Shown here: positions 8,321 to 17,223 of the stretch, in pieces
Position numbering within the stretch: the first letter of the stretch is position 1
Layout: each line of letters starts with the position of its first letter
IMG/VR virus record: IMGVR_UViG_3300048014_000353
Span: 1-64,000 of that record
DNA: 64,000 nt
Direction: 5' to 3' (one strand)
Source of the DNA: a virus
Translations under genes and position numbers: made by a program
Notes under the pieces: generated by a model
The model's database searches: none
What the model was told of the DNA's origin: nothing
The model's input: the letters and a program-made list of their open reading frames with translations, nothing else

Positions 8321-9937
8321 GTGGCTGTCCCCGTCCCGAGTGCGCTGTCGAAGCTCGACACGAAGGTCCTGTCCTCGAAGGAGCAGGTCGATCTGGCCGT
8401 GCGCGCCAAGGCCGGCGACGTTGCCGCGCGCGACAAGCTGATCCAGCACAACCTGCGCTTCGTCTGGAAGATCTCCCAGAAGTACATCCGACGGCGTCGG
8501 ACGACAGAGATCGACGACCTCGTGAGCGAGGGGGTGCTCGGCCTGATGACGGCCATCGACCGGTTCGAACCCGAGCGCGGTTTCGCCTTCATCACGTACG
8601 CGAGCAACTGGGTCCGTCACCATATCAGCCGGCGCGCCAGCTACGATCGCAGCATGGCGTACGTGCCCGTGCACGCGAGCGATGCGGCGCGCAACGTCGC
8701 CACCCGTCGCCACGAGCTCTTCGCCTTGGGGCTCGAGCCCGAGGAGGAGGAAGAGATTCTCGTCAAGGAATTCGGCGCGAAGGCCGTGCTGGTCGAGCGC
8801 AAGACCTCCGTGAACGGCGTGTCGCTGGATGCGGAGATGGGGGAGGACGGGGGTCTCACGCTCTACGACGTGCTTCGACTGGAGGGCGACGGGGGCGACG
8901 CCATCGCGGACAAAGACCTCGACGACCACATTCGAGCGGTCATCGAGCGCGTACGACGCCGCACGCACGACGAGCGCAAGCTCGCCATCCTCGACCGTCG
9001 ACTGCTCGGGAGGGAGACGCTGGCCGACATCGCCCAAACATTCGGGTGCTCACGCGAGCGAATCCGACAGCTGGAGGCCGAGGTGGTCGCGCTCCTGAAG
9101 CGCGAGATCCAAGCCTCCATTCCCGAAGAAGCGCACGATCGCGCGCGACCGCGACCGCGGCGGAAGACGGAGAGATCCAAAGATCGGGTGCGGGACTCGA
9201 TCACCCGCGCTATCTCGCAGCGGGGTGTTGCCGAGGTGCCCATTCCGGCGGTGCGATCGGTGGAGGTCGCGGCCAATGGACTGCGAGTCGGCCAAGTGGT
9301 GGGGGCCGTACCCAAGGACAGTTCCACGTTCCGTCGAAATTTACCGGTTCAGTGGTCTGACAAGGCGCCCGCTACCTCCGTCGTACGCGCTGCGCCGTCC
9401 CCGGCGCCCCCCGAACCGTGTGCCTCACCCAACGAGACGCTGCCCATGCCGAAGAAGAAGAGAGTCCTCAACCCGAGCACCCAGGAGATCGCGCGCAGGT
9501 ACGAAGCGGGCGAAGACCCGCGCGAGATTGCCAAGGTGATGGGAAAGCCCGAAGCGTCGGTGCGCGCCAAGGTCTCCGTTCTCCGGAGAAGCGGCATCAT
9601 TCATCGAACCCCGAAGCGACCGAAGGCCGATGCCGTGCCCGTCGCAACTCCTACCGCGAAGCCCGCGGCCGTCCCGAAGAATGGATTGACGTGGCTCGAT
9701 GCCCAGTCGGGCGACGTTCTGGGCGACGCGACGTCCATCGTGACCACCCTACGAGGTCCGAAGAAGTCGCCGGCACCCGTGCCGCTCGCGCAGGAGCCGT
9801 CGTTGGAAGGGACGACACCTGAAACGCAAGGCGGCGATCCCTTCGTGGCCCAGCTGCTTAAGCGACGCGAGGATCTGCAGCGGAAGATCGAGTGGATCGA
9901 TCGCGCCATCGAAGCGCTCCGGATGGCGACGCTGTGA
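8321..9937 (+). CDS. Sigma-70 family sigma factor with a long C-terminal extension (extra HTH and coiled coil)
   Basis: Region 2 (ARDKLIQHNLRFVWKISQKY, DDLVSEGVLGLMTAIDRFEPERGFAFITYASNWVR) and region 4 (ETLADIAQTFGCSRERIRQLE). Confidence 0.88.
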   Translation: MAVPVPSALSKLDTKVLSSKEQVDLAVRAKAGDVAARDKLIQHNLRFVWKISQKYIRRRRTTEIDDLVSEGVLGLMTAIDRFEPERGFAFITYASNWVRHHISRRASYDRSMAYVPVHASDAARNVATRRHELFALGLEPEEEEEILVKEFGAKAVLVERKTSVNGVSLDAEMGEDGGLTLYDVLRLEGDGGDAIADKDLDDHIRAVIERVRRRTHDERKLAILDRRLLGRETLADIAQTFGCSRERIRQLEAEVVALLKREIQASIPEEAHDRARPRPRRKTERSKDRVRDSITRAISQRGVAEVPIPAVRSVEVAANGLRVGQVVGAVPKDSSTFRRNLPVQWSDKAPATSVVRAAPSPAPPEPCASPNETLPMPKKKRVLNPSTQEIARRYEAGEDPREIAKVMGKPEASVRAKVSVLRRSGIIHRTPKRPKADAVPVATPTAKPAAVPKNGLTWLDAQSGDVLGDATSIVTTLRGPKKSPAPVPLAQEPSLEGTTPETQGGDPFVAQLLKRREDLQRKIEWIDRAIEALRMATL

Positions 9938-9939
9938 CC

Positions 9940-11310
9940 GATTGAATCCCCGCGTGTGCGGGGGACGGCGAGGGTCGTGACCATGTCGTGAGCCAATGCA
10001 TGGCCCATCCCCGTGCGTACGGGAAGCACGCCGGCGCGTGCAGATCGCCACCTTGCCGTCGCGGCCTTATCCCCGTGCGTACGGGGAGCACTACGAGGCC
10101 GAGGCCGCTGGTCCGGGTAGGTATGGCCTATCCCCGTGCGTACGGGGAGCACGACGTCGACTACCCCGCGGTTCCAGGCGTCGTCGGCCTATCCCCGTGC
10201 GTACGGGGAGCACACTTCGAGGGGGAGCTGTCCGATCAGGACAAGCGGCCTATCCCCGTGCGTACGGGGAGCACGACGTCTCGGACTTGAGGCGGCGGCT
10301 GGGGGGCGGCCTATCCCCGTGCGTACGGGGAGCACGTCGAGCTTCCCGCAACGGATCCAATCGTTGCGGCCTATCCCCGTGCGTACGGGGAGCACGTCAC
10401 GGAGCGCTGTGCCACACACGTTCATGACGGCCTATCCCCGTGCGTACGGGGAGCACGAGGCCCGCGTAGCGCGCGGACGCGATGAAGGCGGCCTATCCCC
10501 GTGCGTACGGGGAGGACTCGCACCGCTGCAACTCCGTCTTGAGCACCGGCGGCCTATCCCCGTGCGTACGGGGAGCACAGCCCGACGAGGCGCTCGTCGT
10601 TCCGACGATGCGGCCTATCCCGGTGCGTACGGGAAGCACAGCCGTTGAGCACGCCGATCGGCGACAGCCGCCGGCCTATCCCCGTGCGTACGGGGAGCAC
10701 GTGGCGGTCGGCCGCTGAGCGCGTGAGATGGTCGGCCTATCCCCGTGCGTACGGGGAGCACAAGACCTCATTCCGGCGCAGTGCGCTACGAGGCGGCCTA
10801 TCCCCGTGCGTACGGGGAGCACTGCAGATCCATCTGTTTGACGACGACTACTTCCGGCCTATCCCCGTGCGTACGGGGAGCACTCGTCGGCACGACGCCG
10901 CTGCCGACGACGCGCCGGCCTATCCCCGTGCGTACGGGGAGCACTCTTGAAGCCCGGCGCACTTCTCGTCCTCTCGCGGCCTATCCCCGTGCGTACGGGG
11001 AGCACGGCGTGAAGCGGAGCTCCGCGGCGGCAGACCACGGCCTATCCCCGTGCGTACGGGGAGCACCGTCAATGTTGAATGGCATGTTCGTGAACTTCCG
11101 GCCTATCCCCGTGCGTACGGGGAGCACGACGACGAGAACGCCGATGGAGCAGGAGATGACGGCCTATCCCCGTGCGTACGGGGAGCACTGCGCGCGCGCC
11201 ACCATCTGCTCAAGCGCTACCGGCCTATCCCCGTGCGTACGGGGAGCACTTGGGGGCGACGATCAGGAACGTGCGTGCGTACGGCCTATCCCCGTGCGTA
11301 CGGGGAGCAC
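9940..11310 (-). CRISPR. Type I-E CRISPR array: 23 repeats (22 near-consensus plus 1 degenerate terminal) and 22 spacers
   Basis: 29-bp repeat GTGCTCCCCGTACGCACGGGGATAGGCCG (minus strand) at about 61-bp period; repeats start at 9940 (degenerate), 10001, 10062 ... 11221, 11282. Spacers are 32 nt (one is 31). Repeat variants cluster at the leader-distal end. Confidence 0.98.
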
Positions 11311-11354
11311 TCTTGGAAACCATTCACGATTTCGTCAAAAACAGCATTGAAGTG
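11311..11354 (-). promoter_or_regulatory. CRISPR leader (only 44 bp between the cas2 stop and the first repeat)
   Basis: AT-richer stretch abutting the consensus end of the array. Confidence 0.7.
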
Positions 11355-11657
11355 TCAAGGAGCATGCGGACCTGTCGGATGTCCACGTCGTCGTACGAGA
11401 AACAAGCCTTCGACTTCAACCGACTCGTAAGCCGAGGCCCCTTCGGAGCGAAACACGAACCCCTGCTCGTTGCGGGCGGAATGGACCATCGCGCACGTCC
11501 CCTGCCGGCGAGCCGCACGGACGGCTTCCCATAGGCGGTCCCGCACGCGTGCCGAGAGGCTTCCTGCGAAGACGCCTGGAGCGACCTCGATCATCCACCG
11601 CGCCAGGTTTCCACGAACGGACGGACGAACGCGACGCACCACGATGACGACCATCAT
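11355..11657 (-). CDS. cas2: Type I-E Cas2
   Basis: MMVVIVV...SVRGNLARWMIEVAPGVFAGSLSARVRDRLWE...NEQGF; start overlaps the cas1 stop. Confidence 0.93.
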   Translation of the reverse strand: MMVVIVVRRVRPSVRGNLARWMIEVAPGVFAGSLSARVRDRLWEAVRAARRQGTCAMVHSARNEQGFVFRSEGASAYESVEVEGLFLVRRRGHPTGPHAP

Positions 11658-12592
11658 GGATCGTCGCTCTCCTCCTCCACGCTCGTCGCAAAGTTCTGGG
11701 CTCCTGGGACCTCCCCTTCGGGTCCCCAAAGTAAGACGCGCGCCTCCGACGCTCTCTCGTCGAGCATTCGATCGCCAATCAAGTGCTGGATGTCGGGAAT
11801 GATGCGGTCCAAGAGACCACTTGCGTAGAACCGATCCCGACTCGCACATCGCACGAGCGAATCTAGATTCGAGGCGCTTCGATTCTCGGCGACGACACGA
11901 AACGCGAGCGGTAGAACCATCTCGATCTTGTAGAGGTCGGCGATGTCGTACACGAAGGCGAGCGACTTGCCGGTGTGGAGAAAGCCAAGACTTGGACTGA
12001 ATCCGGTGGCGACGATCACCGAATGGCAGACGCCGTACAGGCAGGCATTCGCCGCGGAGAGCGCCCGATTGACAGGATCGGCGTGCTCCCAAGCCCCGTT
12101 TAGCTTGCGGCCCTTCCACGCGACGCCCGTTTCGCGTCCCACCTTGGCGTAGGCCTCTCGAACACGTACGCCCTCGCGCCCACGTGCCTGTTCGATGCTC
12201 GTCGCTCCGAGCGACTCGCCAAACCTTCGCTCGTACATGCGTCGAACGACGTCCAGACGGCGGCCGGGATCCGCCCATGCCTTCACTTGCGCGAGCAGAT
12301 TGGTCGACCGGCGGGTTTCGCCCGTCCCGCTCGCGTAGAAGCGGACTCCCTTTTCCCCCGTCCAGACGACCGAGCAGCCATTGTCCGCGATCGACATCAT
12401 GGCCGCGTGCGTGATCGACGTGCCCGGCCCCAGCATCAGCACGCAAAGAGACGAGACGGGAACTCTCGTCTCTCCGTTCACATCGATCACCACGAGCGCA
12501 TGGTTCTCCCGTTCGATCTTTGCGTGCTCGAAGTAGGCAAAGGACCAGCTCTCCGACACGCGCGGAAGGGACTGGAGATCAACGCGACTCAC
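11654..12592 (-). CDS. cas1: Type I-E Cas1, catalytic residues intact
   Basis: LMLGPGTSITHAAM, RGREGVRVR (E), GFLHTG (H), FVYDIADLYK (D); GTG start at 12592. Confidence 0.96.
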   Translation of the reverse strand: MSRVDLQSLPRVSESWSFAYFEHAKIERENHALVVIDVNGETRVPVSSLCVLMLGPGTSITHAAMMSIADNGCSVVWTGEKGVRFYASGTGETRRSTNLLAQVKAWADPGRRLDVVRRMYERRFGESLGATSIEQARGREGVRVREAYAKVGRETGVAWKGRKLNGAWEHADPVNRALSAANACLYGVCHSVIVATGFSPSLGFLHTGKSLAFVYDIADLYKIEMVLPLAFRVVAENRSASNLDSLVRCASRDRFYASGLLDRIIPDIQHLIGDRMLDERASEARVLLWGPEGEVPGAQNFATSVEEESDDP

Positions 12593-13224
12593 GCCGCCGC
12601 TCGAGCCACGAGCAAGAGCCCGCACCCATAGGACTTCCCGCGGCCGATCCCGTTCTCCAGCGCCTTGCGCATCGTGCCCGTGTCCACGACCCGCAGCACC
12701 CCATCGAAGCACACGGGGTGCTCGACGTGAGAGGGCGATGGCCCACTCCCCCACTCTTCTTCGCGCGAGCACGGCGCCGCGAGCGCCGACTCGACCTCAA
12801 AGCCGCTTCGCGCTCCGGCGCGCGCGAGCCACGCCCCCAGAGCGTCGTCGCCGCGAAGGGCCACGCGCCGGGTCGAGCGCGAAACCGACTTCACGACGTT
12901 GCCGACCAAGCGGAAGCGGAACCGCTGCCCCGTGCCCACGGCCTCGAGCACCGGCGCGAGCGACTTGACCTCCGGAGGCGCCGCGAACACGGCGCGCGGC
13001 CAGCCGCTCCAATCGGGTTCGGCTTTTGATTGGACCAGCAGCGTCAGGCGGCCGTCGCGCTCGACCGTCAACCGATGCAGGATGCGCGCGCGAGATCGCG
13101 CGTCGGGGACCCGTTCGACGCCGGGAAAGAGACGCCAGAGCGCCCCGTGCATCACGAGAGGGCTGCGGACCCACGGCCAGACCTCCGAGGACGCGGGGTT
13201 GAGGAAGATGCGAGAGAGGTTCAT
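12589..13224 (-). CDS. cas6e: Cas6e (Cse3) crRNA endonuclease
   Basis: MNLSRIFLN...MHGAL...FRFRLVGN...FDGVLRV..., G-rich loop GIGRGKSYGCGLL. Confidence 0.95.
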   Translation of the reverse strand: MNLSRIFLNPASSEVWPWVRSPLVMHGALWRLFPGVERVPDARSRARILHRLTVERDGRLTLLVQSKAEPDWSGWPRAVFAAPPEVKSLAPVLEAVGTGQRFRFRLVGNVVKSVSRSTRRVALRGDDALGAWLARAGARSGFEVESALAAPCSREEEWGSGPSPSHVEHPVCFDGVLRVVDTGTMRKALENGIGRGKSYGCGLLLVARAAA

Positions 13225-13898
13225 GCGATTCTCCGTGCGGCGGGCGGGTCGGTCCAGACGGTCTCCACGTACCGGCGCCGGAAGACCCGCGGTTGGAACG
13301 TGACCGGGACGTCGTCGCGCGGTTGGCCGCGCTCGGGCGTCGACTCGATCAGAAGACGAAGCGTGTCGTCGCCGGCGCGCTCGGCGCGCGGCCACTTCCG
13401 CACGCACTCGCTCGCCGACGCCTGCTCCAAGGATTCGAAGATGGGGCACGCCGGAACGCAGGCCTTGCGGCCCAGGCTCAGCGGCCACACCGGCGAACGG
13501 AGCGCATCCTTCACGCGCACAAGGAGCGCCTCGTCGTGCTCGAGCGCGACGAGGAAGCTCGCGTCGGCGAGGTAGTAGCGCTCCGTGGGGACGGTGTGCT
13601 CCGCCCGCCGCGTCTTGGCGTCGTAGACGGCATGGGAGAGGTCCCCGAACGCGCCACCTCCGGTCGTGTGGTAGTCTCGTTCGATCGCCCCCTCGCGGTC
13701 GACACGCACGGTCATCGCGCCCTCGGCGAGCTGCCCGATGGTCGTCCGGTCGTCGCGCGTGACCCCCATCGCTGCGCAAAGGAGACCAACAACCCCCGAC
13801 TTGGTCGGTTCGCGCTCGGTTGTGAGGATCGAAAATCGCGCCTGCGATCCCCAACTCTGGAACGGTCCCTCGAGTCGTAGGAGCAGCGTGGCGTTCAC
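13221..13898 (-). CDS. cas5e: Cas5e (CasD), no HNH fusion
   Basis: LLLRLEGPFQSWG...PTKSGVVGLLCAAMG...ERYYLADASF...LSLGRKACVP; about 225 aa. Confidence 0.95.
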   Translation of the reverse strand: MNATLLLRLEGPFQSWGSQARFSILTTEREPTKSGVVGLLCAAMGVTRDDRTTIGQLAEGAMTVRVDREGAIERDYHTTGGGAFGDLSHAVYDAKTRRAEHTVPTERYYLADASFLVALEHDEALLVRVKDALRSPVWPLSLGRKACVPACPIFESLEQASASECVRKWPRAERAGDDTLRLLIESTPERGQPRDDVPVTFQPRVFRRRYVETVWTDPPAARRIA

Positions 13899-15019
13899 TT
13901 GTCCTCGTTCTTGTGGAGAAGCGAACGAACGCGGTTGAGCGCGGTCTCGATGACCGCGTCGACGCTCGGGACCATGCGAATCCCCACGTCGTCCCGCGTG
14001 GCATCGCGGTCCTGGCAAGCCGCCGCGAATTCGTTGATGCGCGTCCCGTACATCGTGTGGACGCGCGCCCAGTACCGCTCGAGCGCGAGGATCGACTCGC
14101 CCACGATGTCGTGTTCGCGCGGGCGCACGGGCTGCGCGAAGGCGTTGGTGAGCGCGAAAGGTTGGCCTTCGTGGGCAACGACGAGCACGTAGCTCGGCGG
14201 GTTGTGCGCGGCGAAGCTGGTCTGTTTGCCCGTGGGGATCGCGTGGACCATCGCGCGCAGCCACGCCTCCGCCGTGGGCTCGACGAGCTTGTCGAATTGA
14301 AGGTTCGTGCGGAGCAGCGGCACGTTCATCGTCGCGTACCGGTACTGGCACGAGGCCACGAACTGCGACGAGTCCATGTGCGCGCTGCCCGTCTCGCCCT
14401 TGGGCTGCAGATCGTCCACGGCCGTGAAGAAGTCGAAGTCGTTGTCGGCCGCGTGGGTCGAGAGGCTCTGCGCCGTCTGGACGGCGCCGGCGACGCCCCA
14501 GTCGTCTCCCTCGGCGATCATGCGCCCGAATGCGGCGACGTCCGGCGTGCGCGTTGCGTCCTTGAGGAGCGCCTGCACGCGCTCGGTGACGGTCTTCGGA
14601 ATCGTCTTCTTGTCGATCCCTGTCCACGATTCGTGGACAACCCCGGCGATGCTGCGGATGCGGTCCTTGGGGAGGAACACCAGCGTCGCGGTCTTCTGCG
14701 TCTTCTCGTCGATCTTCAGCCCCGCCGCGGCGATGACGCGGGCGGCGACCTCGAGCGCGACGGCCGGATCGTGGTCGGCCGCCAAGATCTCGGCGACCGC
14801 ATGCGGGATGCGCTTGGTGCGGACCCCGAGCGCCGAGGTCTCCAACTCGCTCTCGGCGGCGAAGTGGTTGCGGATGGCGCGCTTCGAGCACTGGCTCGAG
14901 ATCCGCGCGCGCCGCGCACCGGCGAAGACGGCGTCCTTGGGAGCGCCGTTGTCGTCGCGGTTGAGGTTCGACGGCGCGAAGTTCTGCAAGATGTGAACGT
15001 CGATGCTGAGCGTATTCAT
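13895..15019 (-). CDS. cas7e: Cas7e (CasC)
   Basis: IDVHILQNFAPSNLNRDDNGAPKDAVFAGARRARISSQCSKRAIR...DFFTAVDDL. Confidence 0.97.
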   Translation of the reverse strand: MNTLSIDVHILQNFAPSNLNRDDNGAPKDAVFAGARRARISSQCSKRAIRNHFAAESELETSALGVRTKRIPHAVAEILAADHDPAVALEVAARVIAAAGLKIDEKTQKTATLVFLPKDRIRSIAGVVHESWTGIDKKTIPKTVTERVQALLKDATRTPDVAAFGRMIAEGDDWGVAGAVQTAQSLSTHAADNDFDFFTAVDDLQPKGETGSAHMDSSQFVASCQYRYATMNVPLLRTNLQFDKLVEPTAEAWLRAMVHAIPTGKQTSFAAHNPPSYVLVVAHEGQPFALTNAFAQPVRPREHDIVGESILALERYWARVHTMYGTRINEFAAACQDRDATRDDVGIRMVPSVDAVIETALNRVRSLLHKNEDK

Positions 15020-15522
15020 GTCGTCTCCTTGGTGGGTTCAGTCGGTTCAGTCGGTTCGGTCGTGGCTGTGGTGGGCGCCCAGTACTCACGCGCCCATTGC
15101 CGTCGGGTGGCGTAGTCCTCCCAGCGGAGGAGGTCGTCGAAGAGCCGGTGCCAGTCGATCGCGATGTCCTCGCCCTTCGCGAGCGTCACCGCGCGTCGAA
15201 GATGCGTCGGGAGCTCGGACCGCGGCGCAACGAGCAGCGCGGTGAAGCGCGCTTCGCTCGCGTTGCCCCCGCGCCGTTCCGCGACCCGTCGAAGGGCGGC
15301 GGCAAGCGGCGTTGAGCCGCGCTTGGGGTATTCGCCGAAAAGGCAGGCGACGAGCATCGAGACGTCCTCGACGTGCTTCGAGGCGGGGACGGGGAGGAAC
15401 GGCGAGATGACGGGGTAGAGTGCCAGCGGTTGCGTCCAGCCGCGCCGCAGCGCGCCTAGGACCGCGCCGTCGCCGCGTTCTGCGGCGCGCGCGAGCGAGT
15501 CAATCAGTCGAAACGTGTTCAT
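15016..15522 (-). CDS. cse2: Cas11e (Cse2/CasB)
   Basis: LGALRRG...EARFTALL...HLRRAVTLAKGEDIAIDWHRLFDDLLRW...RRQWAREYW. Confidence 0.92.
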   Translation of the reverse strand: MNTFRLIDSLARAAERGDGAVLGALRRGWTQPLALYPVISPFLPVPASKHVEDVSMLVACLFGEYPKRGSTPLAAALRRVAERRGGNASEARFTALLVAPRSELPTHLRRAVTLAKGEDIAIDWHRLFDDLLRWEDYATRRQWAREYWAPTTATTEPTEPTEPTKETT

Positions 15523-17002
15523 CGGTACTCTCCTCAGGCGTAGGTGTGGTGGCACCGCGCAGCTTCGAGCGCAGCACCGATTCGGCGATCGTCACGGCAC
15601 GCAAAGCCCGCACGGAAACCCCCGCGCGCGCCCGGGTCGAGAGGTGCAGAGCGCTCCGCGCGGTGGCTTCGGCGTCGCGCAGGAAGAGGTCAACGGCCGC
15701 TTCGCCCGATTCGGTCCACGCAAGCTCGAGAAGGAGCCGTTCGAACGGAGCGGCCATCGCCCCCCAGAAGAACCCGCGGCTTCGCGCGCCGTTGGCGGTC
15801 GCCTTCACCGTCTCCTTGTGCGCGCTCGGAAGCGCCGCGTGCGCCCACATCCACGTCGCGACCCGGAGCGCGTCGTCGATGACCCCGAGCCGTTCCATTG
15901 CACGCTGCAAGAGCGCGAGCTTTGCCTCGCTGGCCAGGACCTCGGGTGTGACCGGGAGGATCTCGGCGCGCGCAAGGTCGATGCGTTTCTGGTAGGAGGC
16001 GAGGCCGTAGACCGCGAGCGAGATGGCCTTGTCGGGGCCGATGATGTCGCGGACGCTCGCCACATGGTCGAGCACCGCGGGACGGCTCGTGGTGTCCGAC
16101 GAGCGAAGGATCGCGTGCGCCGAGCCCCACGCCGCGCGCTCGCGGTGAAGGCCGATCGGGCGCCACTCGTCCTTGATCTTGACGCGCGCACACATGATGT
16201 CCGGCTCCTCGTCTTCGAGCTCGTCGCCGGCGAGGTACGCGATGCCGTCCACGTAGCCTTCGGGCGACAGCGAGAGCGCCATGCGGCGCGACTGCCACGT
16301 GAGGCGATCGAGCGGCCCGTGCGCGCGGCGCGCGCACTTCGCCGTGGCCTCATGGTCGGCCTCCCAGGCGGGCACGTCCTGTCGGACGTAGGGGGAGGGG
16401 ATCACGTTGAGCATCAGGGTCTCGAACAGGTTTGCTCCTTGTGGAACGATGACGCACGAGCCGCACAGCGGCGCGGCCTTGCCTGACTCGCCCATCGTCA
16501 TGCCGCCCGGCGCGAAGGCCTGGTACGCGAGCAGCGCGCTCGCGGCGCGAGCCGGCGACAGCCGGTCGTTCTCCGCCGGGTCGCGCGCCTCGACAAAGAG
16601 GTGCACCGCCGCGCCGAAGTTGCACGTCTCCATCACGAGACGACGAACGATGTGAGGCCCCCCCTTCACACTCGAGCGCGCCGTGGACGACTGCATGAAC
16701 GGGCGCCCCTCGGCGAACAGATCGAAGCGCTCGCCCCAGCGATCGAAGTACGCGCGCACGGCGTTCTCCTCGAAGCGCCCACGCTTCCACGCGCGCTCCC
16801 ATTCCTTCTTGGAATGCGGACCTTGCAGAACGCGGTGCGCGAGCACGACAAGGAGCCGATAGACCGCGGCCGTCTCCACCGGGGAGAGTCCCGTGATCTC
16901 ACGAATTTCGTGGGCGTCCGTCAGGGACTCCACAAGGTTCACTGGCTGCTCCGTGCCTCCCTTGGATACCGTGAGCCAATGCACTCTGGAGAGGTTGAAC
17001 AT
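15500..17002 (-). CDS. cse1: Cas8e (Cse1/CasA)
   Basis: FNL..VHWLTV, ERFDLF...PFMQ, GANLFETLMLN, LTWQSRRMAL; about 500 aa with no HNH extension. Confidence 0.92.
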   Translation of the reverse strand: MFNLSRVHWLTVSKGGTEQPVNLVESLTDAHEIREITGLSPVETAAVYRLLVVLAHRVLQGPHSKKEWERAWKRGRFEENAVRAYFDRWGERFDLFAEGRPFMQSSTARSSVKGGPHIVRRLVMETCNFGAAVHLFVEARDPAENDRLSPARAASALLAYQAFAPGGMTMGESGKAAPLCGSCVIVPQGANLFETLMLNVIPSPYVRQDVPAWEADHEATAKCARRAHGPLDRLTWQSRRMALSLSPEGYVDGIAYLAGDELEDEEPDIMCARVKIKDEWRPIGLHRERAAWGSAHAILRSSDTTSRPAVLDHVASVRDIIGPDKAISLAVYGLASYQKRIDLARAEILPVTPEVLASEAKLALLQRAMERLGVIDDALRVATWMWAHAALPSAHKETVKATANGARSRGFFWGAMAAPFERLLLELAWTESGEAAVDLFLRDAEATARSALHLSTRARAGVSVRALRAVTIAESVLRSKLRGATTPTPEESTDEHVSTD

Positions 17003-17019
17003 GCGGCCCATACTGGGCG

Positions 17020-17037
17020 TGACTCGTATTCAAGTCA
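17020..17037. promoter_or_regulatory. 18-bp operator overlapping the putative cas promoter
   Basis: TGACTCGTATTCAAGTCA; on the minus strand TTGACT-N17-CAGTAT ends 7 nt before the cas8e ATG. Confidence 0.65.
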
Positions 17038-17061
17038 ACAAAGAAAGTAATCAACCTCGCC

Positions 17062-17223
17062 CTAAAGGGCGAGGCTTTGTTCCTGGCATAGCTGAGGACT
17101 CGAAGAAACTATGTGCTCTCCGATACCCAACCTGACAGCCGAAACGATAGGGCCGATTACTGGACCCCTGGATGCGATGTTGCGCGCGCCGACATGGTCG
17201 GCATGAGCAACGAACCCGCATCG
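17062..17223 (-). pseudogene. tnpB: tnpB C-terminal fragment
   Basis: RCGFVAHADHVGARNIASRGPVIGPIV: last zinc-finger Cys plus the RuvC-III xADxxxAxNI motif. Confidence 0.85.

Noticed and set aside
10701-10732. Partial similarity of a spacer to about 42788-42801
   Set aside because: Short, gapped match expected by chance.
9988-11534. ORFs with repeating PIPVRTGS/AYPRAYGE peptides
   Set aside because: Translations of the CRISPR repeats.
13221-15089. 622-aa ORF as a Cas5 fusion
   Set aside because: Only the last 225 aa (GTG 13898) are Cas5; the rest overlaps cas7 out of frame.
11654-17002. CAST or Cas5-HNH/Cas8-HNH variant as the explanation for missing cas3
   Set aside because: No tnsABC/tniQ genes, and Cas5 and Cas8 are normal length with no HNH. 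The tyrosine integrase has its own tRNA att site, so there is no evidence of RNA-guided integration.
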